Source: Felis catus (lineage: Eukaryota). From it: a DNA stretch of 64,000 nt. Below are positions 1 to 10,235 of the stretch, one piece after another; positions within the stretch are counted from its first letter, which is position 1, and each line of letters starts with the position of its first letter. The position numbers and the translations under genes were made by a program. The notes beneath the pieces were generated by a model. It searched no databases and was not told the origin of the DNA. It saw only the letters and a list, made by a program, of their open reading frames with translations. Location: positions 8,000,001 to 8,064,000 of the forward strand of contig NC_058369.1 of NCBI RefSeq assembly GCF_018350175.1. The letters are read 5' to 3'.

Positions 1-439
1 GGGAAAGATGGACCAGAAATAATAAACCAGCTGTGTGCAACTCTTGATCTCGGAGTCGTGAGTTTGAGCTCCAGGTTGGGTGTAGAGATTACATAAAAAT
101 ATAATCTTAAAAAAGAATAATACTAATAAACTAGAAAACTCTCTAGCAGGTCCAAGCAGAGAGAGGGGATAAGAAGTCGAGTGTGAGGGTGTGTGATTTG
201 AAACAGGAGAAGGGGTTTGGGAAGGTCTCATTAGAAGGTGCCATTGGAATAGAGACAAGGAGGGTGTGAGGAGTCTGGTACCAGGCAGTGGGCATAGCAA
301 GTGCAAAGGCTCTGAGGCAGGAGCAAGCACTGGCAGCCTCTGTCCGCTCTGGTTTCTGCTTCTGCTAAATGGGGGTGTTTCCCCCTGCTTTGCAACGTCG
401 GGGGAGCATTCCGTGGGCTGAGGTCGGTCCCCTGTGCAG

Positions 440-571
440 GAATATTTCACTGCTACATGGAGTACACACGACTGCGTGGCGAGGCCGGCTCCGACATCTC
501 CCTGGTGGACCTCGGCTTCCAGACAGACCTCCGCGTGTACCTGCACTTGCGGCAGACCTGGATGGCCTTCA
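440..571 (+). CDS. SLC44A2: SLC44A2 exon (GIFHCYMEY...TWMAF)
   Basis: gcag acceptor, gtgagt donor, in-frame CTL2 peptide. Confidence 0.93.
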
Positions 572-3500
572 GTGAGTCCCAGCCCCCCCATCCTGCCCTC
601 CGGTGAGGCCTGGGAGGGAGTGGGGACAGGCAGCTGGCAGCCTCTGCCACCCTCTGCCTCCCGCAGTGATCATTCTGAGCATCCTTGAGGCTGTTATCAT
701 CTTACTGCTCATCTTTCTGCGGAAGAGAATTCTCATCGCCATCGCACTCATCAAAGAAGCCAGCAGGTGGGTGCCAGGGTGCCCGGGGTTGGGCTGGGGT
801 TTGCCCCGGGGCTGCTGGGGCCCTGATGCCTGTGTCTGCTCCTCCCCAGGGCCGTGGGATACGTAATGTGCTCTCTGCTGTACCCACTGGTCACCTTCCT
901 CCTGCTGTGTCTTTGCATCGCCTACTGGGCCAGCACTGCTGTGTATCCACCGTCAGACCCGGATCCCTGACCCCCCGGGGGTGGGGCAGGTGGCTAAGGG
1001 CCAAACTTGCCTGGAAGTGACCTGCAGCTTGGGGGCAGGGCCGGAACCTGGTGGCAGGGGGTGGGGGGAATGGAGCCTTTCTGGGGTCCCTAGTCCCACA
1101 TGTTGGGTTCCTTAATGAACCTCCAGCTTCCTGTCCACTTCCAACGAAGCTGTCTATAAGATCTTTGATGACGGCACCTGCCAAGTTGCCGGGAAAACCT
1201 GCAACCCTGAGGTGGGGGTCGGCTATTTCCCCAGCAGCCCACAGGCTATCTGAAACCTGTCATCTCCCCGCTTGGGGACCATTCAGCAAACATTCAGTGC
1301 CTGCTGTATGCCCTGTGCTGGATGTGGGGAGCGTGGAGGGGAAGAGCTCCAACTGGGCAGCCCCACCCCACCCTAAATGCTGGACCACACCCACCTTTCT
1401 CCCCTTGACTTCATTTCCTGCCCCACACCCCGCCCTTAATCCAATGATAGCCAGTTCTTGTTTCTAGAACCCCTTCCTTGCCTTTCATAAGCCCCTGTCC
1501 TGACCCCTGTGGTCCTCATACTGATCTCTACCACTCTTGTCCTGTCCACGTGACCACTCAACGGATGCATGACCCCACTCTGATCCCCAGGATAGGTTAT
1601 CCTGCCTCATCGACACCTGTGGAGTCAACAATCCCATCTTGCTTCTAGAATCCCTATTAAAAGCCCCTATACGGAACTCCCAATCCCTTGACTTAACTCT
1701 GACTCCCATGACTCCTGTCCCACTCCATGAGCTACCTGACCCGGGCCTGATGCCCAGAACCCCCTCTGAGCCCCTGGCCCCTATGTTGTGACCCGGCTCC
1801 CCATCCTTCCCGCAGACCTTCGCCTCCTCCAATGAGTCTCGCCTGTGCCCCGGTGCCCACTGCCAGTTCGCCTTCTATGGTGGTGAATCCGGCTACCACC
1901 GGGCCCTGCTGGGCCTGCAGATTTTCAATGCCTTCATGTTCTTCTGGCTGGCCAACTTCGTGCTGGCCCTGGGCCAGGTCACGCTGGCTGGGGCCTTCGC
2001 CTCCTACTACTGGGCCCTGCACAAGCCAGATGACCTGCCTGCCTTCCCACTCTTCTCTGCCTTCGGCCGGGCGCTCAGGTGGGACGCTGGGTGGTCTGGG
2101 GCTGGGGGCGAGATGGGCTGGAGGAGCCTTGGCCTGGCCGCTGACCACCCCCTTGGCCCTCAGGTACCACACAGGCTCCCTGGCCTTTGGCGCCCTCATT
2201 CTGGCCATTGTGCAGATCATCCGAGTGATGCTCGAATACTTGGATCAGCGCCTCAAAGGTGCGGCCCACCAGTGGCTCACGATGGCCAGTGGGAGGTGGG
2301 GCTGGGGGGCGGGGTTAAGGCAATGGGACTGTGATTGGTTTCTGCTTGTAGGGAGCTTGATGAGTTCCTAAGGTGGAAGAATGGCTGAGGGAGTCCAGTG
2401 GGTGGAGTTCTTAACCCTGGGGTAGCGGATGCGGGACCAGGAGGCCTGGGGCACCATTGGTTCCTGAAGAGACTAGGATTTGTGTGTGAGGAGAAGAGCG
2501 GGGCTAAGGCTTATTTTTTGTTTTTTTGCTGCGGTGGAGCTTGGATTGGTTATTCTTTGGGGTGGGGCCAAGGAGGCGGCAAGGATTGGCTTCTGCTTGG
2601 GAGGCGGGGCTGGGGCAGGTGTGTGGGTTGTGATTGGTCCCTATCCTAGAAGCTGGGTTGAAAGGCTTCAAGATTGGGCCCCTCCTAGGGGTCCGAGCCC
2701 CTGGCCCGGTTGGTTCTTACTTGGGTGAGGGCCAGGCCCCTGGAGGGTTCTGGATCAAGTTTCCTTTCCCTGTCTCTTTGAGAAGGCAGGCTCTGGAAAT
2801 CTGGATTGTATGCATGTTATGAGGGTGGAGGGTGGTCCCTACCGGGGGTCTCCCCTCACCTCTGCGCCCTTCTCTCTTAGCTGCAGAGAACAGGTTTGCC
2901 AAGTTCCTCATGACCTGTCTCAAATGCTGCTTCTGGTGCCTGGAGAAGTTCATCAGATTCCTCAACAGGAATGCCTACATCATGGTGAGTAGACCTGAGA
3001 CCCCGAACCAACCCGCCAACTCCTGCTGGGTGAGAGCAGCCCTCGTTCCCAGCCGGTGGGCCTGATCCCTCCTCCTCCTCCTCCTCCTCCTCCTCCTTCT
3101 CCTTCCAGATTGCCATCTACGGCACCAACTTCTGCACCTCGGCCAGGAATGCCTTCTTCCTGCTCATGAGAAACATCATCAGGTCAGAGAAAGCACCATC
3201 CTCTGGCTGCCTCCCTCCTCCCCCCGGTCCCTGAGCCCCTATTCATGCCTGCTCCTCACTGTCCCCTGCAGAGTGGCTGTCTTAGACAAGGTCACCGACT
3301 TCCTTTTCCTGTTGGGCAAACTTCTGATCGTGGGTAGTGTGGGTGAGTGCCGCTGGTCAGCCTACCGGGGGGGCTGTGGTTGGGGTGACTTGTGAAGTGC
3401 TGTCGGGCCCCATGTCTTCTTCTGTGACGCCTGCCATGGTGTCTGAGGTCTTCTTGGGGGGAGGGGCCGCTTCCTTTAGTCAGAACCCTCAAGCATCTCC

Positions 3501-5718
3501 GTTACCTCCCTCTCTCCAGGGATCCTGGCATTCTTTTTCTTCACCCACCGTATCAGGATTGTGCAGGACACAGCACCGCCCCTCAATTATTACTGGGTCC
3601 CCATACTGGTACGGACCTTTGGGGACGGGTGGGGATCCAGGGAGAAGGAGGCGCTGGGGTCCTCCTGGTCTCTTTTAACTAGACAGATGTGGATGGTCAG
3701 AGGTGGGGGATTGATTATGTATTCAGTCCCACAAACACGTAGTAAGTACCTACTGTGTACCAGACACAGGGGGAGGAAGGGCTTCCCTCCAGGGGGCCTT
3801 CCAGTTCAGAGGCAAGTAGACGTCAGTCAGGAACGATACGGGTGGCTGCACGATTGCACACTGACTCGTGCCACCGGCGAGGCTTACGGGGAACCGTTAG
3901 AGCCTGTGCGGGAGGATTGGGGCAGGTCTGGGAGGCCCGGTGTCTTCACTGTGGAAGTGATGTCAGATCTAAGATCTGAAGGAGATAACAGGCCACATCC
4001 AGGCAGAGGGAACAAGTTCGGGGGCCGTGAGCTGGGACTGTGCCAGGAAATGAAGAAACCGGTGTGGGGGGAAGGAGGTGGAGATAGGGGCAGGGAGGTG
4101 ATGGGGCCGTGGAGGTAATGTCATGCACCCTAAGAGCAGTGCAGGCCTTGGAGCCCAGTGACCTAGAATTTTATCTGACTCTCTTATTTGCTCGTTCTAA
4201 GATGGTAACTTTGAGCAAGGTATTTAATCTCTCCATGGCCCGCTTCCTTCAATCCATAAATGTTTATCAGATACCTGCCAAGGCCCTGTGAGCCTCCAAA
4301 TTGCTGGGGGTGTAGCAGTAAGTGGCACAGATACAGTCTGATGGAGATGAGGGCGTTATGTCTGTAGTACCCTAAACATGCATAAAATTGCAGCCAGGGT
4401 CTAGCTGTCAGAAGCAGCTTCGTAGAGGAAGTGGTATCTGAGGACTCCACATTTGAGCTGGAAGCAGAAAGATAAGGAGGCCTTAAACTAGATTCAGTTG
4501 GGACAACAGCATGTGCAAAGGCCCTGGGGTTGAAGAGAGCAAGGAGTGAATGGCAGCACTTTGGATGTTACTCTAAGGAGGGCTTATCAGCAGGGAAATG
4601 ACCTGATCCCAGCCTGGGAGGGTGTGGCGGGTGGGAGTTGCCCTGGGAGCCGGGGTGGAAACATCTTGGCTCCCCTTGCCCAGACGGTGATCATCGGCTC
4701 CTACCTGATTGCCCATGGCTTCTTCAGTGTCTACGGCATGTGTGTGGACACGTTGTTCCTCTGCTTCTGTGAGTGACCCCTCACCCAAACCCTTGCCAGG
4801 CCCTGACTGCCTTCTCCCCTCTGGGCATAACATCTTCTGATGGGGCTATGCATCCAACGGCCAGGTGGCCCCAGCTTCCCCGGGCGTCCGAGGGCCCTGG
4901 CATGCCTTCTCGGCTTCCTCCCTGCGCTCGGAGCTGCTCCATCCCGTTGTGCCCTGGTCCGGCCTGCAGCTAGAACGCTCTGCCCCTGGGCCCTCGGCTT
5001 TGGGGTCTCTGGCTTTGTTGGGGGGGATCTGTGGCTGCTACTAACTTTGGTCTCTCCATCTGTCTGTTTTTTGTTTTGTTTTTTGTTTTTTCTCTTCTCT
5101 TCCTCTACTCCGTGCCTGCTGGCTTCCCTGTTCTTCCCTGCCTCCCTCTTTCCCTCCCTTCCTGACCACCCCATTTTCCCCCTGCCGGTTCCTGGGGGGA
5201 GCCCAGGTGAGGACCTGGAAAGAAATGACGGCTCTCAGGAGCGACCCTACTTCATGTCGCCCGAGCTGAGAGACATCCTGTTGAAGGGGAGTGCGGAGGA
5301 GGGGAAGCGGGCAGAAGTCGAGGAGTAGAGAGGGAGGGAGGCGTGGGGGCCACACAGGCCTCCTCCTTTCCTCCCCGTAGACGGGGGGTGCATGCGGGAC
5401 TTCCCCTGCCTGGGAGCGTGGGGAGCGTGTGTGTGTCCCGTTCCCGAGCCTTCCACGGCTCGCCCCTCTCCTGTCCCGGCGTGTCTTGCTTCCTAATCCT
5501 CTGAGGCTTCTCTGTGGCCCTCGTCCCGTCCCCCCCACCCCACCCCCGTCCCCGGAGGCCCCTGCCCGGGGGCTCCCCTCATGCCACGGTCTCTGGGGCC
5601 TCTCTCCGCAGTGGAGGACCTGGAGAGGAATGATGGCTCAGCCGAGAGGCCTTACTTCATGTCTCCCAACCTCAAGAGGCTCTTGAACAAGACCAACAAG
5701 AAGCTGGCGGAGTCCTAA
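440..5718 (+). CDS. SLC44A2: Choline transporter-like protein 2, 3' part (5' exons outside window); join(440-571,667-766,850-942,1127-1211,1816-2078,2164-2258,2881-2984,3109-3182,3272-3342,3520-3608,4684-4768,5612-5718)
   Basis: Exons splice in frame at GT-AG sites to GIFHCYMEY...[26 protein letters not shown]...[17 protein letters not shown]...[12 protein letters not shown]...[17 protein letters not shown]...KKLAES*, the CTL2 sequence; synteny with ILF3 and QTRT1. Confidence 0.97.
667..766 (+). CDS. SLC44A2: SLC44A2 exon (IILSILE...KEASR)
   Basis: ccgcag acceptor, gtgggt donor, TM helix. Confidence 0.93.
850..942 (+). CDS. SLC44A2: SLC44A2 exon (AVGYVMC...ASTAV)
   Basis: ccccag acceptor; GTATCC (U12-type) donor is needed to keep frame. 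Confidence 0.9.
943..1126 (+). other. SLC44A2: U12-type (minor spliceosome) GT-AG intron
   Basis: 5'ss GTATCCAC; branch site TTCCTTAAT at 1108-1116, about 11 nt from the AG; no polypyrimidine tract. Confidence 0.75.
1127..1211 (+). CDS. SLC44A2: SLC44A2 exon ([13 protein letters not shown]...CNPE)
   Basis: ctccag acceptor after TTCCTTAAT, gtgggg donor. Confidence 0.92.
1816..2078 (+). CDS. SLC44A2: SLC44A2 exon (TFASSNES...FGRALR)
   Basis: cgcag acceptor, gtggga donor, conserved CTL-family motif. Confidence 0.95.
2164..2258 (+). CDS. SLC44A2: SLC44A2 exon (YHTGSLAFG...QRLK)
   Basis: CTL-family YHTGSLAFG motif with canonical splice sites. Confidence 0.95.
2881..2984 (+). CDS. SLC44A2: SLC44A2 exon (AENRFAKF...NAYIM)
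   Basis: cttag acceptor, gtgagt donor, CCFWCLEKF motif. Confidence 0.95.
3068..3097 (+). repeat. (CCT)n microsatellite serving as a polypyrimidine tract
   Basis: About 10 CCT units directly before the 3109 acceptor. Confidence 0.9.
3109..3182 (+). CDS. SLC44A2: SLC44A2 exon ([25 protein letters not shown])
   Basis: Canonical splice sites, conserved motif. Confidence 0.95.
3272..3342 (+). CDS. SLC44A2: SLC44A2 exon ([10 protein letters not shown]...VGSV)
   Basis: Canonical splice sites, in frame. Confidence 0.93.
3520..3608 (+). CDS. SLC44A2: SLC44A2 exon (ILAFFFF...YYWVPIL)
   Basis: Canonical splice sites, in frame. Confidence 0.93.
4684..4768 (+). CDS. SLC44A2: SLC44A2 exon ([28 protein letters not shown])
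   Basis: Canonical splice sites, conserved motif. Confidence 0.95.
5039..5045 (+). promoter_or_regulatory. SLC44A2: Distant branch point TACTAAC for the proximal last exon
   Basis: Perfect branch consensus followed by a long pyrimidine tract; no AG from 4974 to 5199. Confidence 0.65.
5207..5328 (+). CDS. SLC44A2: SLC44A2 alternative proximal last coding exon ([40 protein letters not shown])
   Basis: cccag acceptor in the correct phase; paralogous to the distal last exon; resembles the longer CTL2 C-terminal isoform as recalled. Confidence 0.88.
5612..5718 (+). CDS. SLC44A2: SLC44A2 distal last coding exon ([35 protein letters not shown])
   Basis: ccgcag acceptor, TAA at 5716-5718, canonical CTL2 C-terminus. 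Confidence 0.95.
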
Positions 5719-6914
5719 AGGCCCCGCTCCCCCGCGCCCCACACACCTCTCCAGAAATCTCACACCGGGTGCTCGGCAGCTGGGCCAGAACCCTTGGCCC
5801 GCTGGGCTCACGTGAAGTCCTGTCACTGCCGCCCCCCCCGCCCCGCCCCCACCTGTCCGGTCATCACTGGACCCCAGGGACCTGAAGGATTCGGGGCATC
5901 TCCTCCCCTGTGCCGAGGGGCCTTCGGAGTTTTCCTAGCGGCGCCCCGAGACGGCACGAGTCACGCCAGCTCTACGCTGGCCTGGACGGGGAGAAGTCCG
6001 TTGAGGCCTCTGACGTCCGACCTGCAGTGGGGCCCGACCTCTGTGGGCCGCCGCCCGCTTCCTGTCGCTGCCTTCCAACGGGGCAGTGTCTGCGTCTGCG
6101 AGAGTGGTGGCCGAAGCGGGCTGCGGTTCCTCAGGCCCCCGTTCTCTCGTGTCTGCTCCGGCCAGGACCAAGCCCCTTCTCCATGGCTGAACGGCTGACT
6201 CACAGGCTGCCACATGCGTTTCTTTCTTTCTTTTTTTTTTTTTAACCTGGACGTGCATTAAAGGGTCTGTTAGCTTTTTCCTGTCTGTCTCAACGGCTGA
6301 GCCGGGGCCAGCTGAGGAGTGCCTTCTGTTGTCCCCTCCCCGCCGAACGTGGCTGGGGTGGGAGTGGGGCGGCCAGGTGGGGGTGTCTCCTGGCATGGGA
6401 GGCCACAGCAGGGGTGTCACGGAAGGAGAGGGAGCTAGTCTGTTGGGGGAGGGCAGCTGGGAGCAGACCCGGTGCAGGAGGGAGGAGGCCGCTAATGGCT
6501 GTTTAATGGGAACCTGCTGGCTGGCTGGCTGGAGGAGTTGGGCCCGATTTCCCCCCTTCTCCTGCCAGTTACTGACACAGCTCTCTTTGTAAGAGAGAAA
6601 GAACCTGAATCCCCCAAGGGGCGATTTCAGGGGAAGGGGTGGGTGGGGGCAGATGCCGTGAGCAAACCGGGCCGCCTCTGCCCAGTCACTTCGCCTTGAG
6701 GATTCTTTTGCCAAATTTGTGGAACTGCACGGACCTGGTCTCCTGGTTCCCCCTTCGCCACGTCCCAGGCCCCTGACTTCATCAGCACCGTGCTAGGGTC
6801 CGGAAGAGGGAGAAACCCAGGCCTGGGGTCCCAGTGTCTTGTGTCTGCCCGCCATCCCTCAGGCCCCCTCGTTCTGTCTGCACACTCTTGCGTGTTAACT
6901 GCATTCCAACCACT

Positions 6915-6920
6915 AATAAA
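6915..6920 (+). terminator. SLC44A2: SLC44A2 polyadenylation signal AATAAA (possible upstream ATTAAA at 6257-6262)
   Basis: First AATAAA after the stop, followed by GT-rich sequence. Confidence 0.8.
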
Positions 6921-7472
6921 GTGCCTATTGTACAGAGCCCGGGCCTGGAGTGTTTGTGGAGTAGGAGGCTGGTAGGGGGAACCCCAGCTTTGACTGTCCT
7001 GGGATTCATTCTCTGAGCTGGGGCGAGGCTCTCAGGGGAAGGAGGGAGGGCAGGAAGCCTTCTGTCTGCTGGCCCCGAGTCAGCCCGAATGGTACCCTGC
7101 GGGCAGCTCAGGTTTCTTCTGAACAAATAGCCCTTATTAGGTTCTCATCCCTACACTCCAGAAGGTGACGATGGCCTGTCTACCCACCCCCCACCTCCTC
7201 AGTCACATGGCCTTTGTCCCCAGGCCCAGGCACCTGAGGCACCCACAGTCTAGTCCAGCCCCTTTGGACCCGCAGAACTGCAAAGAACTGAACCCTGTCC
7301 TGCTGCCTAGGGGCTCACTGCTGCCCCCTGGTGCAAGCTATTTGCCCACCTCTGGGCCCTCTGTCCCACATTGTCCCGCATGGCCGCCTTTCTCTATATC
7401 CCTGCCCTTGTAATTTTTTCTTAAACAGCCACCATTTTTTGAGTACTTCCTACCTGCGTACCATAAACCACG

Positions 7473-7678
7473 TTTTTTCTTAAAGTTGATTTATTTTGAG
7501 AGAGGGAACTTCCGTAAGTGGGAGAGGGGCAGAGAGAGGGAGAGAAAATTCTAAGTGGGTTCTGCATCAGCACAGAGCCTGAGGAGGGGCTCAAACTCAA
7601 AAACCGGACTATGAGATCACGACCTGAGCCGAAATCAAGAGTAAGACGCTTAGTCGACTGAGCCACCGGGGCGTCCCC
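7473..7678 (-). mobile_element. CAN-SINE
   Basis: Reverse tRNA-like head, CT-repeat, A-rich tail. Confidence 0.9.
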
Positions 7679-7734
7679 ATGGGCCACTTTTATTACTCTC
7701 TTCAATAATTAAGACCTGGAGAATGGGCTACATT

Positions 7735-7957
7735 TCTTTTTTTTTTTAATATTTCTTTTTAATGTTTCTTCACTTTTTGAGAAACAGAGACAGAGTGCAA
7801 ACAGGGCAAGGGCAGAGAGAGAGGGAGACACAGAATCCGAAGCAGGCTCCGGGCTCTGAGCTGTCAGCACAGAGCCCGACGCGGGGCTTGAACTCACAAA
7901 CCACGAGATCATGACCTGAGCTGAAGTCGGACGCTTAACCAACTGAGCCACCCAGGT
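7735..7957 (-). mobile_element. CAN-SINE with TSD (atgggctacatttc)
   Basis: Consensus match, flanking direct repeat. Confidence 0.92.
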
Positions 7958-8381
7958 GGATGGGCTACATTTCTAAAGGTGGCACAGTGGGAAAGTGGCT
8001 TAGAAGGCAATTCAACCCCGGTCTCCTTGACCCCAGACCTTCCCGCTACTCCATACGGACACTTTGTGGGGTCCCCTGTTCACCTGGATTGTCTGAGTTT
8101 GGTCTTTTCCCTGTCCCCAGTTCCTGTTAGCCCCGCCTCCAAAATATCCCCTAAATCTGCTCACTTCTGTCCATTATCTTCAGCTCCCAGCCCCTATTAC
8201 CATCACCTGAACCAATGCCGTCCCCTGCCCTGGTCCCTGATTCCTGCCATCACCACCCCCCCTTCTCCACAGTTCCCCACACAGGTGCAGAAGGATGCTT
8301 GTGAACACCCTAGTGAGTTCACACCCCTTCTTTGCTTAAGAACCCTGCATGGCTTCCTCCTTATTCAAAGTGAAAAGTCAA

Positions 8382-8603
8382 GGGGCGCCTGGGTGGCTCA
8401 GTCGGTTAAGTGTCCGACTTCGGCTCAGGTCATGATCTTGTGGTTCACGAGTTCGAGCCCTGTGTCAGGCTCTCTGCTGACAGCTTGGAGCCTGGAACCT
8501 GCTTCTGATTCTGTGTCTCCCCCTCTCTCTCTGACCCTCCCCCCATTCATGCTCTGTCTCTCTGTCTCAAAAATAAATAAACGTTAAAAAAAATTTAAAA
8601 AAA
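8382..8603 (+). mobile_element. CAN-SINE
   Basis: ggggcgcctgggtggctcagtcggttaag head, A tail, TSD aaagtgaaaagtcaa. Confidence 0.95.
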
Positions 8604-8619
8604 AAAGTGAAAAGTCAAA

Positions 8620-8836
8620 GGGGCGCCTGAGTGGTTCAGTCAGTTTAGCATCCAACTTCAGCTCGGGTCATGATCTCGTGGTTTGTGGGTTCGAGCCCCG
8701 CGTCGGGTTCTGTGCTGACAGCTCAGAGCCTGGAGCCTGCTTCAGATTCTGTAGCTCCCTCTCTCTCTCTCTCTCTGCACCTCTCCAGCTCACGCTCTGT
8801 CTCTCAAAAATAAATAAATGTTCACAAATAAAAATA
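8620..8836 (+). mobile_element. CAN-SINE (tandem, same target site)
   Basis: Full head and tail; third copy of the target follows. Confidence 0.93.
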
Positions 8837-9278
8837 AAAGTGAAAAGCCCAAGTCTTCCCTCCAGCCCACGAGGCGCTGCTCCACCTTCCCCATCACCCC
8901 TGCCTTGCTGACCCTTCCGGACACACTGGCCCCAGGGCTTGTGCCTGAAATGCTCCCCACTTGGCCCTTTGTGTGGCTAGCTCCTCATCCTTTGGCTTTC
9001 AGCTCAGGGGTCACCTCCTCCAGGAAGCCTTCTGTGCTTGTCTGAGGTTGGCTTATCTTGGTGACCACACATCACCCTCTTTCTCTTTCTTTTTCATGGC
9101 ATTTGTCACAATCTGCAATTATCTATTTGTATTTTCACTTAATAATTGTTAGCCTCCCCACCCAGAATGTCAGCTGTAAGGGGACACCGATCTTGCCCCT
9201 TTTTTACCACCTTAAACTAGAGCCAGGCAGGGTGTGTGGTATACAGCAGGTACTGACTATACAGGCACAGAACAGCTG

Positions 9279-9326
9279 AATGACTACAAGGGGCTTAGCG
9301 TAAATGACTACAAGGGGCTTAGCGTA
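9279..9326 (+). repeat. Perfect 24-bp tandem duplication (aatgactacaaggggcttagcgta x2)
   Basis: Two identical adjacent copies. Confidence 0.95.
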
Positions 9327-9499
9327 GTGCCTGGTCTGGGGGAAGTACACAGCATTACCCGTTGTTATTACTATATTACTACAGGCCAGCATGTAAGTTT
9401 CCAGTCTCTTACACATGCTCCAAACTCCCTGGCTGCTGTGTTCTGAGACTGTACCACACAGAAGCAGAAACAGGAAAACCAATGAAGTTACGTTACTGC

Positions 9500-9626
9500 G
9501 GGAGTGTCTGGCTGGCTCAGCGAGTGGACCATGCAATTCTTGGTCTCAGTGTCATGAGTTTGAGCCCCATGCTGGATGTGGAGCCTACTTATAAAAAAAA
9601 AAAAAAAAAAAAAAAGATTAAAAAAA
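9500..9626 (+). mobile_element. Short CAN-SINE
   Basis: tRNA-like head plus poly(A). Confidence 0.85.
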
Positions 9627-10004
9627 GGAGTAACCTGCACTAATCTGGGCACGTGCCGATGGCGGGACTGGACTCAGGTGGTCTTGGTGAAGGTGAGGAA
9701 AAGCCTGCAGATTTTGGATGTAATCTGAAGACAGAGCTCACCTGATTGATTGCCTGTGCAAGAAAGAGAGGAGTCAGAGAAGCAGGAGGAAGCAGGGCTG
9801 AGAGGGGGCAAGCTCAGACAAGAGTCCTGAGAGGGCACTTGTGGCCTGATCCCGCAGGGAGCTTGGGAGGAGGTCACATCCCGGGGCTGTCCTGAACTGG
9901 TAGGTCACTGACTACAGGTGGCCCCGGGCACCTACAATCCCAGGCACTTCTGGTTCTCTTGAGCGTGCAGGCAGAGTGTCCAGTGTGACCCAGTCGATCC
10001 TCTA

Positions 10005-10235
10005 TTTTTTTTTAATTAAAAAAAAAGTTTATTTATTTTGAGAGAGAGAGAGAGAGAGGGAGGGAGAGCATGTGTGAGCAAGTGGGGGAAGGGCAGAGAG
10101 AGAGGGAGAGAATGCCAAGCAGGCTCCACACAGCACAAAGCCCGACACAGGGCTCGAACTCACAAACTGTGAGATCATGGCCTGAGCCAAAAGCAAGAGT
10201 CAGACACTTAACCGACTGAGCCACCCAGGGGCCCC
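10005..10235 (-). mobile_element. CAN-SINE
   Basis: Consensus match. Confidence 0.9.

Noticed and set aside
5935..6714. 259-aa minus-strand ORF and other long ORFs in GC-rich UTRs, introns and the CpG island
   Set aside because: No recognisable domains; expected from stop-codon scarcity at high GC; they overlap known gene parts
8382..8460. tRNA-like A/B-box sequences
   Set aside because: These are tRNA-derived SINE heads followed by a CT-repeat and A tail; no standalone tRNA gene was seen
7421..8911. Recurring ORF-track peptides such as MAQSVKRPTSAQVMISRF...SLEPASDSVSPSLS that look like a multi-copy gene family
   Set aside because: They are translations of CAN-SINE sequence, not genes
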